This document shows, one piece after another, positions 11,301 to 23,300 of a DNA stretch of 64,000 bases. The stretch covers positions 3,410,001 through 3,474,000 of the forward strand of contig CDRNST010000104.1 of NCBI GenBank assembly GCA_977016875.1. Reading direction: 5' to 3'. A program made the position numbers and the translations under genes. Under the pieces are notes generated by a model. It ran no database searches. It saw nothing but the letters and a program-made list of their open reading frames with translations, and was not told the origin of the DNA. How positions within the stretch are numbered: position 1 is the first letter of the stretch; each line of letters starts with the position of its first letter. The DNA comes from Pavona decussata (Eukaryota).

Positions 11301-14300
11301 AATGGCATGACCAAAAGAAACGTTCATGATGACTACGATTTTATCACGTCAAGGGATGGTGCAAAACAAAAATTAATTTACACAAGTGTGAATTCTGGTG
11401 GGATAAGTAAAAGAGACAGCGCTACAGATTACAACAGATACATTCACAGCATATGGAACCATAAAGTCAAACGAGAAGCTGGTGATTTAAAAAACGGAAC
11501 AGAGAAGAAAAAGAAGAAAGACGTCGTTGTCAACCGCCCTCCTATAATTTATCATCCTCCACCTGAAATTTACCACAGGCCAGACATAGTGGTACATCGC
11601 CCTCCTCTTGTGATTCACAGGCCACCCATTATATACCATCAACCACCAGTAATAGTTCATCGACCAGCCGTGGTGTATCATCAACCACCGATTGTATTCC
11701 ACCAACCTCCCCCTGCAGTTAGCCAGCCTTTGCTGTATTCTCACGACTCTTTCACTGTTCATCCTACGTTCTTTGCTACACATCATGGTTCTGTTGTGCG
11801 AGACTTCGGGCACTATGTAGGGGTTCCAAATGTCATCACTAATTACGGAAACCCACTTTTTGGGAGAGGACCGCCCATTGGCAAGAGATCAAAGATAGAA
11901 ACGCCAAATTCAGTTAACGAAACTCTATCGAAAAGCTCAAATTCAACGGGGACTACGTCCAAGAAAGCCACAATTCAAGACAACAAGAAAAAAGAAAAGA
12001 ATGACACTAGTGAAAAAGCAAAGAAAAAGAACACTGTTTTGGTTCATAGGCCTCCAATAATTTATCACCCACCCCCTGAAATTTATCATCGGCCTGTGAT
12101 TGTGGTACATAGACCACCCATCATGATTCATCGGGCACCAATATATTATCATCAGCCGCCGGTGGTTGTTCATCGTCCTGCTATAGTGTATCACCAGCCG
12201 CCGCTGATATTTCATCAACCACCTCCAATGGTGCATCAGCCAATACTAAGGTCCCACGATACGTGGATATCTCACCATGTGGTGGTTCCTTACTCCTCAA
12301 GTGTTATGCATCACCACACCTACGTTGGCGTGCCTGACGCATTTACCGTTCATCACTTCGCAGGAGGACACAGCTTTTATAAGTCAGACATTTTAAGGCA
12401 TAACGACCGAGATAATGAACGTGCATCTGAAAGAAATGAAATAACTGGTAAGAAAACGTCGACGGAAAAACAGAAAGATTTACCCAAGAAGCACAAAATT
12501 ACTTCACATGATAAAACCAAACACACTTTGAATCTCAAAATTAAGAAGGCGGCTGCTCAAAAGGGCGGAAAGAAAAACGCAGTCATAGTGCGACGTCCTC
12601 CAGTTATTTACCACCCACCACCAGAAATCTACCACAGGCCAGAAATAGTAGTTCATCGCGCTCCTATTGTAATTCATCGAGCTCCAATAATTTACCATCA
12701 ACCTCCTGTGATTGTACATCGACCTGCTATTGTGTATCACCAGCCGGCGCTCATATTTCATCAGCCGCCACCTATTGTACACCAACCGTTTTACAGATCA
12801 CATGACACCTATGTCCATATGCCAGTTGCGAGACTATACTCATCTCGGATAAACCATTTAGGACACACGTACCACATTCCACACGCCTACTACCACGGTC
12901 ATGGTGGTGTTATTCACCATATGGCTTATGACAAATCTAAAGTACCTCAAAAGCAGCATATTAAAGACGAAAAAGGGGAGACAAGGACCACTGTTAAAAA
13001 GAGAAAGAAGTCAAAAACAGAGAAAACTAGCCATCATGCAGAAAGAAAGCATGCCACCTTAACAAAAAGCAAAGACAAAACAGAAACAGGAACAAAACTT
13101 CACAAGAATCATAAAATTCTTTACCATAAGGCAAAGGAGACTACAGAAAAAGCAAACAAAAAAAACTCTGTAGTTATACACCGACCACCAATCATTTACC
13201 ATCCACCCCCAGAGATTTATCATCGCCCAGACATCGTAGTGCACCGCGCTCCTATAGTTCTCTACCGTGCTCCGATTGTGTACCATCAGCCTCCAGTGGT
13301 GGTTCATCGTCCAGCCATTGTTTATCACCAGCCACCTATCGTTTTCCATCAGCCACCGCCTATGGTCCACCAGCCAGTTCTCCACTCACAAGATACTTGG
13401 GTGACCAAACCGGTAGCCATCCCATACGCATCTCATGTACATCACATAGCCACCTACAGGGGTGTTCCCCACGAAGAGATCTTTATGCATGGGATTGGCA
13501 CAGGAGCGTTCGGAAAATCCAGAGTTCCTGTTAGAGGGACCCGCAGAAACAAGATAGATAGTGTTGGCGATGAGAGAAAGAACCAAACAGACAACAAAGA
13601 AACAAAGGAAGCGAAAAATTTGAACGAGTCGAATGATAAAGGGAAGAATCGTACAACGAGAGCTGCATACAGTGAAAAGCAAGGTAAAGATACAATAGGA
13701 GCAGCAGAGAGAATAATACGAGCATTAACGGATTCACTTACAGATAAACGATTGGAATTTATGGTGAAGAAGAATCCCATTGGAGTTGGTGCAAGAATCC
13801 AAAGAAGCCTTCAAAATATATTCCCTGTGTATGGAGACTCTTTATCACTAACTGCCTCAAACCCTCATAATTCAATCAAGATTCCAGGACAATCTGTCGG
13901 TGCGGTAACGAGAATTCAACGATCCAACGGTGCCTTTTGGAGTCCGGTGGGTGCTGGTGCTAGGATACGGAGGGCCGTAGCAGAGCCATGGAACACTCTT
14001 GAAGGTGAGAATCCATATGAAATGAATAAACGTAGTAGTGAGGAAAGTGAAAACCCCTCTACACCTGACGAAAATGCAGACAAAAACACTAATAGCACCA
14101 AAAAGACAATACTTATAATTCGCAGGCCACCGATACTTTATCATCCACCAAGCCACATGATCCATCGACCATCCATAGTTGTTCACAGGCCGGACATTAT
14201 AGTCCACCGTCACCCCATCGTCTTTCACAGACCACCAATACTAGTTCATCGTCCCCCAATCATAATCCATCGCCAACCAGTACTTATTCACAGGCCGCCA

Positions 14301-17300
14301 GTAATAGTTCATCGACCGCCATTGGTGTTTCACCGGCCACCTATAATTATTCACCGTCGTCCTTATATTATTCATCATCATCCTATTCTGTTCCATCGAC
14401 CACCAATTATTATACACAGGGGACCGCAAATGATAGTGCATCACTCCCACCTAATTCATCATTATCCTATGCACATGATACACATGCACTGTCCTGGTTG
14501 TGGTTTTGGAAAATCCACCGTTGCACGATTGCAAGGTAAAAGAACTGATCAAGACGGTAAGAAAACATCAAATTCAGACAGACAACATAAAGACGCTACT
14601 GTCAAGGACTCCCAACGGAAAGATTCTAACCTGCCAAAACGCTCTGTTGCAGACAAGAAGTTAAAGAAAAGTTCCCGAGAAGAGGACCATAACAAAAAGA
14701 AGAAAGACGGACACAAAAAGAAGAAAGACGTAGTAGTCAATAGACCCCCGATTATTTACCATCCGCCACCAGAGGTATACCACAGACCAGACATTGTTGT
14801 TCATAGGGCTCCCATTCTTATTCACAGGCCACCTATTGTATACCATCAACCTCCTGTTGTAGTTCACAGACCAGCGGTTGTTTATCACCAACCACCCATT
14901 GTGTTCCACCAACCTGCACCGGCAGTGAATCAACCTCTGCTATTCTCACACGATAGTTTTGTTGTACATCCTATGGCTTTTGCATCCCACATGGGATCTG
15001 TTGTAAACGACGCTGGTCATTATGTTGGTTTACCGCACGGTGGAGTAACTAATTACCCAGGTTCTATATCCCATGGACCAACAGGACACATCATTCCTTA
15101 TTTAAATCCACCCAACTGGTCAAGAAGAGCTCAAGTTTCTAAACCGCTGGACGAAAAGCATACAAAAATCAACCATGGGAAGAATAACAAAGACCGGAAA
15201 CGTTCCTCTGGGACGACTGATGGCACTCACAGAAGAAGCGCAGGAAACAGTAGGAAACTTGTAATACAGGAAAGCAAGGAGACCAAAGGTGAGAGAAAGA
15301 ATAAAGTTATCGTTGCACGACCACCTCTGATTTATCACCCACCACCTGAAATTTATGATCGCCCAGACATTATTGTACACAGACCAGACATTGTGATCCA
15401 TCAACCCTCAGTTGTGTACCACCAGCCATCTGTAGTAGTCCACAGGGCACCGGTGGTTTATCATCAGCCTCCTGTTGTATTTCACCAACCAGCTCCAATG
15501 GTTAGCCAACCAGTGTACCACGCCCATGACACGTACATGGCACACCCCGTATATCATCCGCAAGAGAGCCACATTTCGCACTCTGCAACATATGTAGGAG
15601 CACCTCATTACTACCCAGGATACAACAGTTACGGATGGGGCTTACAAGGGAATATACCCACTGCACATATACAGCCAACTCCACAGATCCCTCAATATGG
15701 TTATACAACTGGTCCTACTCATCCTGGTTTCAGTGGATACACACCATATTCAGCCTCCCTTGGAAATGCCTTCGGAAGATCAAAGGTAGAAAATAAAAAG
15801 AAAGATAAATTTAAAGACAAAGAGACAAAATTGAAAAATGCTACCAAAAAGGGTCGTACGAGCAGGTCCGTGGAGTTAAGCAAACGTCACGTGCATCACC
15901 ATCATCATCACCACCATCGTCACCATCATCATGGCATTCATTATCGCGGAAGGAAACGCTTTTATCCTCTCCATCCAATGGCATCCTTTGCCCATCCAGG
16001 ACATCGCAAACATGTCGTCATTATACACCAACCTCCTTTGATATATCATCCACCGCCGCAAGTTTATACTCGGCCAGACATACTCATGCGTTTGCCTCCG
16101 CTTGTTTACCACAGGCCAGCGATAATGTTTCAACAGCCACCGACAGTAGTCCATCACCCCCAAATAGTTTATCACCAACCTCCCGTAGTCTTTCACAACC
16201 CTCCTTCAATAGTACACACACCAGTTATTCACACGCGCGAGATGTTGTCACCTCACCTTCAGCATGTAATGATTCCAACATCATCGTACATGCACTCTGT
16301 TGGAAACTTTTTTGAGCCTGGTGTCTCAGGTACGGCATACGGAAAGGCTCACATAGAGCGAACCGACGCAAGCAAAGACTCTTTGAAGAGCGAAGCTGAT
16401 ATGGAGACGAAAAGCAAGAACAAGAATGAAAAATCACACGAAAAGCGAGACGTTTCTAACGAACCTGAAAAAGAAATGAAAGATACGAAAATATCAAAGA
16501 AACAGAACGTTGATCTTGTAGTCCACCAGCCACCAGTGATGTATCATCCGCCACCGGATATCATTGACAAGCCAGCTGTTGTAATGCACCAACTTCCGAT
16601 AGTCGTGCACCGTCCGCCCATACTCATACACAGACCTCCTGTTGTGGTCCACAGCCCCCCAGTGATAATACACAGAGCTCCAATTGTACTTCATGACACA
16701 GCACCCGTGTATCATGTACCACATGGCAATTTCTTTCATCCAATGCGCTATGCTTTTGGAAAATCCACAGTAGAAGGCGAGAATCAGCAGCGAAACAAGG
16801 ACAAGCACAGCAAGGAGAAACATGATGAAAAGACCAGCCAGACGAAAGGCGCCAAACATTCAAATACTGAAAAAGCAAAAAGGAAAAACACCGTTCTTGT
16901 TAATAGGCCTGCGATGATATACCACCCTCCACCGGAAATCTATCATCGACCAAACATTATAGTACACCGCCCAGACATAGTCATACACCGACCATCAATT
17001 GTGTATCACCAGCCTTCCGTCCTTATTCACAAACCTCCCATAATCTATCGTCAGGCACCAGTTGTTTTCCACCAGCCTCCACCAATGGTGCATGAACCAA
17101 TTTTGCATGCACACGACTCGTACCTTGCATACCCTGTTGCACTGCCATACACATCACACATTCATCATGCAGCAACATACGTTGGGGCTCCACACTTTTT
17201 TGATCAGCCACATTTTGGTGGATTTGGTGGATATGTGGGGCATGCTTTTGGAAAATCGGAAGTTGAGGAGACCAAGAAAACACACCGCAGTGATGAAAAG

Positions 17301-20300
17301 GAAAGTAAGAACAAAAAACATACCAACACTGAGGTTAGAAAAAATTTAAGGTCAACGCGTGATGTGGACTCTGAAAAAACAACTAAAGAAAATAAAAAGT
17401 CAACCTCCACGGTCAGTTCTAAAGGGCACAAAAAGAACAAAGTTGTTATAAACAGACCGCCATTAATTTACCACCCGCCACCAGAGATATATGACAGACC
17501 AGATGTAATTGTTCATCGGCCGGATATCGTCATTCATCGTCCTTCTATTGTTTATCACCAATCATCAGTAGTTGTCCACAGACCGCCAATCGTATATCAA
17601 GCACCTTCTGTGGTCTTCCATCAACCGCCACCATTGGTGAATCAGCCCATAATGCACGCTCATGAAACTTACGTTGCTCATCCAGTACCAGTGCCCTACA
17701 CATCCCATATCCAGCACACATCAACCTATGTTGGTAGCCCACACCACTATCCTGGTGGATGGCACTATGGTTGGAGCCAACCTCAGCCGTATGGATTTAC
17801 CTGGAGTCAGCATCAGCCATTTGGTTTGGCATTCGGAAAGTCAAATGTGCCCGCAGCAAAGCTAAAGTCTTCAGGGAACCATAAGCCCGCAAATAAACAT
17901 AAAGTAAAACGAGCGGAGAAAGATCAAGCCAAAAAAAATGACAAAAACATAAGCCCAAAGTCTGAAGGGACCGGTAAGAAGAAAAACCAAGTACTTATAC
18001 AACGACCACCTTTGATATACCACCCACCGCCAGACGTGTACCACAAACCTGATATAATTGTGCACAGACCTGACATTGTTATCCACCGGCCTTCCGTGGT
18101 TTATCACCAGCCATCTGTTGTGGTTCACAGACCACCGGTGGTTTATCATCAGCCGCCAGTTGTTTTTCATCAGCCATCTCCAATGGTTAGTCAGCCAGTT
18201 CTACATGCACATGACACTTATGTCGCCCATCCATATTTTACGCCCTACTCATCCGATGTATATCACTGTGGAAGCTACGTTGGTGCTCCGCACTGTTATA
18301 ATGGCGGATGGGGGGAACACGGATATGGCTTTGCCCATGCCTTTGGAAAATCAAAAATACAAGTGGCTAACAAGAAACAAAAGCACCAAAAATACAAAAG
18401 CAAAGATCTAAAGGGCCACCGCAGAACCCTTGAGAAGGAAATCAAGGAGGCGGTGGATGAGATTAAATTAAAGAAGGAGGCCAAAAAGGGGATAAGGGCG
18501 AAAAAGAAGAACCTCGTCATAATGCGTCGGCCTCCTCTAGTCTATCACCCACCACCGGAGATTTATCACAAACCGGATGTCATTGTGCATAGACCCGATA
18601 TTGTCATCCACAGGCCTTCTGTAGTTTTCCACCAGCCTTCGGTTGTAGTTCATAGACCACCAGTAATTTATCAACAACCTCCAGTCATATTCCATCAGCC
18701 AGCACCCATGGTTCACCAGCCTATCCTTCATTCACATGACACGTATTTCGCGCACCCCCACTTTGTCCCGTTTGCGTCGCACTTACATCACGCAGGCAGC
18801 TACGTGGGTGCCCCACATTTTTATCCAGGAGGATGGGGCTTAGGAGGGCACACTGATGACTTTCACCACGCGTTTGGAAAATCAAAAGTCGAAAAATCGT
18901 CAAAACAGCATGTGAAGAGTGACCACGAGAATAAGGACGGAAATGATGACGATGGGGAGAAACGTTCTCCACCAGAGGCAACAGACTCTTCTGAGGAAAA
19001 TAAGCATAAAGGCAAAATTAAGGAAGCCACAAAAGGACACAAGAAAAACTTAGTAATCATGCGTCGGCCACCACTTATTTACCACCCGCCTCCAGAAATA
19101 TATCACAAACCAGATATAATTCTACACAGACCGGATATCGTTATTCACAGACCGTCAGTTGTTTTCCATCAACCATCCGTGGTGGTTCATAGACCACCAG
19201 TAATTTACCATCAGCCGCCAGTTGTTTTTCATCAGCCATCATCAATGGTACACCAGCCTATCTTCCATTCACACGAGACGTATGTTGCTCACCCTCATTT
19301 TGTGCCATATTTGTCCCACTTAACGCACGCTGGGTCTTATATAGGGGCACCACACTTTTTCCCAGGACACTGGGGACCAACACATGGGTTCGGACATTTA
19401 GCGGCACATGCATTTGGAAAATCCAAAGTAGAAAAAGCTGCAAAAAAAGTAAATACAAAAGCTGTGACTCCAAGAGCAAAGTCAGAGGAAGCTGTGCATT
19501 TTAAAACCAAACGAGAGGCAAAACATGAAAACTTGCATCGTGACTTGTCTGGTGTGAATCAAAAGGCAAAGCTAAAACAACAGTATTGGAAAGCCACGGG
19601 AGAAAAAGCAGAAAGAAAGGCTGTCCATTTACATCCCGAAAAGGAGACTAAGAAGGGTCACCATAAAGCACACAGAAAAAACTTAGTCCTGATACAACGT
19701 CCAGCTTTGATTTATCATCCGCCACCAGAAATCTATGACAGACCAGCTATCATTGTTCACCGACCCGATGTCGTCATTCATCAACCTTCCGTGGTTTACC
19801 ACCAATCTTCGGTGGTTGTCCATCGTCCACCAATTATATATCGCCCACCACCAGTAGTATTCCATCAACCAGCACCAATGGTACATCAGCCTATGTACAC
19901 TTCCCACGACATATATCATAGTCATCCGCACTTTGTCCCATATGCCTCTCATATCAAGCACACACAAACCTACGTAGGAGCACCGCATTACTACCCTGGA
20001 GGATGGAGGTATGGCTACGGCTTTTCTGAAGCCTCTATACCTCAACACGCTGGATTAAATGGGTGGAATGCATTTAACAGTCCATGGTATCAACCATCAC
20101 TTTACAGAGCGAATTACCTTACACCAACTGGTGTAGCATCGCCCAGCGGTATCCGCAGAAGATACCAGTCAGCATTTGCCAAGTCTGATGTTCAAAAGCA
20201 CGATGCGAAAACCGAAGACTTGAAGGACAATCACAAGAAAAAAGACGAAGGTAGCCAAAAATCGCATCATGTTCAAGAAAAAACAGGAAAACGAAATCGC

Positions 20301-23300
20301 CGCTCAACCGAGTCAACTAAGAGACGCCAAGGAAAGGGGCGCAAAACGGACGAAGGAGGCAAGAAGAACGTAGTAATGATAAGACGGCCTCCACTTGTGT
20401 ACCACCCACCTCCAGAGATCTATCACAAGCCAGACGTAATTGTGCATAGACCTGATGTAGTTATTCACCAGCCTTCTGTGGTATACCATCAACCTTCAGT
20501 TGTGGTTCACCGTCCACCAGTTATTTACAACCAGCCTCCGGTGGTATTTCATCAGCCAGCTCCCATGGTAAACCAACCAATTTTTCATGCGCATGAAAAC
20601 TACATGGCCCACCCTTACTTTGTTCCTTACGCAAGTCAGATCCATCATACTGGTACTTACGTTGGAGCTCCTGAATTCTTTCATGAAGTAAGGGCCTTTG
20701 GAAAGTCAGACGTTTCAAACAACAAATCAAAGTCTAAGAAGCCACACGAAAAGTCTGAAAAGAAAAACAAAATGGTGAAAATAGATAAACGAAAGAGCGC
20801 CAAGGGAATGGTTTTCCATCCACAAGAAGAAAGAGAAGAAAAACCATCAAGAAAGAATGACATAGTTGTTAGCCGTCCTCCTATTATCTACCACCCACCA
20901 CCAGAAATTTACCATCGGCCGGATATTGTAGTTCACAGAGCTCCTATAGTGCTTCACCGCCCACCGATAATCTATCACCAGCCACCAGTAGTTGTGCATA
21001 GACCTGCTGTCGTGTACCATCAACCCCCAGTAGTCTTCCATCAACCACCTCCCACAGTTCATCAACCCATTCTTCATTCTCACGATTCATTTGTTGTCCG
21101 CCCAGCCGCCAAATTCTTTCCACAAGGCTCTACGTTAACACATACCATGAATTATGTGGGAATTCCTAACCATGTAATACATGGTGATGAACTAGCGTTT
21201 CACCACTTTCATCGATCACAAATAGAACATTCTGGTAGAGATACATCGTATAAGAAGCCATCAACTGTCCAAGTGGCGAAATCGACCATCTCTAAAATAC
21301 CTACAACTAACAAAGAGAATACTCAAACAACCATAACAGACCAAACGCAAAAGAAGACTTTGCGATCTATCATACGTCACCACAAATTAACTAAAAGACA
21401 GCTCATTGGTTCACATTCACTTTTTGGATCCTTTTCTCCTATAAACAACATTCAAGATTCTGAAAAATCGGTTGAGCAGAACGAAAAGCTGTCAACTATA
21501 CCCGGAGATACATCAATTCGTGAAAATAGCATTGCCAAGAGGCAACTTATTGCACCAGAATCTATCGAGAGTGTCTTCCCTAACTTTATGCGCAACTCTT
21601 TACCCTCAGTTTACAATACACTGGAGATGGCAGCTTTGCAAAACCAAGCTTTAGCAGCCTCTGAGGACTCACCAGTATCAGACAAGGTTGACCAGGTACA
21701 TTTGCCTGGTTTTACACCCACTTTACCAACACTTCATGGTATAGGAAGGTCTGGAATTGAACGGTACCCTTTTCTTTTAAAACATTACCTGCCAGGAGCT
21801 CCAAAAGATGACTCGCCGGACGTACGCGTTCACATAGAAACAGCAAAGTCCTCTATACCGATTAAAGCACGTGGAAAGCGGCAGATTATCCCTATATTTC
21901 AGCAGCAAGAACCACCACAAGCATATCCAGCACTCTATCAGTCGCCAGGTCTTGAGAATTTGGAAGGGGCTATCCGCGAAGCTACACCTTCCTCCGTTTA
22001 CCGCCTCTTCAGTCCATACAATGCGATGAGTCATCCAGGTGCAGATCCATATCACTATCTACGAATCCCTTCCGCGTCATTGCATCATCCTCGCGTCAAT
22101 ATCAACGTGCAGTCAGCAAGATCTACGATACCTCACATTGGCCATGCTATTCAAAAGCGATCAAACAACAAAAAGTCAAAAAGACAGTTTTTGGCGGTCA
22201 TGCCACCTCTCTCTTCCCGTTTACCCGTTGGCTTAGGGGGTGGGATAATGCCCCTCCCTTTCTCACCTTACTCGGCCCTGTCCCGTTTCCCATATCCACT
22301 TTTACCCCGTCTAGACTATCCTCAAGAACCGGAAACCGAAGAAACCGCATTCACAGAAGCTTTACCAGTTCTTCCTCGTCCATCATCAATTCCTCATACT
22401 CCATACAGCGGATTTTCAGAAGACCAAGACAATGACTCACCGTCATTCAATCCAGTGGCTTCATACTTAGCTGCACTTTATAATGGCTACTTTGGGTACC
22501 CATTTTATCGTCCCCATAAAAAACCTAAAGTCCACGTGGAGGTACACGCATCAAAATCACAGATACCCAAAGTCACAGAGAACAGGAAATACGGTCATTC
22601 TCGTATTTCTAAACGGCAACTGTATAATTTCTTACCACGTTCACCAGTAATCGCAAATCACTATACCTTGCCTGCAGCTTTAAATTACGGAATACAAGGG
22701 TTTCACCAGAATTCTCCGCATGTAAGCATTAACGTAGAAACAGCAAAGCGTCAAGGAATTCCTTCATTGTTAAAGGAAAAGAGGTCCCCAGTGGCAAAGA
22801 AGTTAAAGCAACACGAACAAAGAAGAACTGGAGATAAAAGAGACCAGCTTTTACAAAACGGAGAAAATGGTCAGGAATCTTTTCCATACCAAGAAAACTC
22901 GAATTCTGTTGCAACACAGGATAATCAGTTTGTTATTTCAAGAGAAAGCAGTCAACCACAAGAGGAGATCGCTACAAACAACAACGAGATCGCTCAACCA
23001 CTAGCGCAACAGCAGCTTCTGCAAGAAGCGGCTGGGCAACAGCAAGAGCAGCAAGAAGCAGAACAGCAACAAGAAGAGCAGCAACAAAGACAGCTTGAAC
23101 AACAAGAGCAGCAACAGACCATAGTACAACAACCAGAACCTTTTCCCAACCAACTGACAATGGAACCGTTCCAAGCTCAGCAGCTAGCTTTTCGGGCACC
23201 ACTGACTCCAATGCAAGTACCAATGCAGCCACCAGGGCAACCAGCTTTTAATGCACCTTTTGTGGCACCATTTATGGCTCCTGTCCAAGGTGTGTTCCCT

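Noticed and set aside
10788-21083. Dozens of antisense ORFs rich in M/V/W/N/Y over gene 2
   Set aside because: They are shadows of the His/Pro/Ile codon periodicity on the sense strand, with no independent coding signal.
10815-21227. Collagen, minicollagen, extensin or classical neuropeptide precursor identity for gene 2
   Set aside because: No Gly-X-Y, no minicollagen Cys-rich domain, no Ser-Pro4, and the modules are ~100-150 aa rather than short RFamide/LWamide-type peptides.
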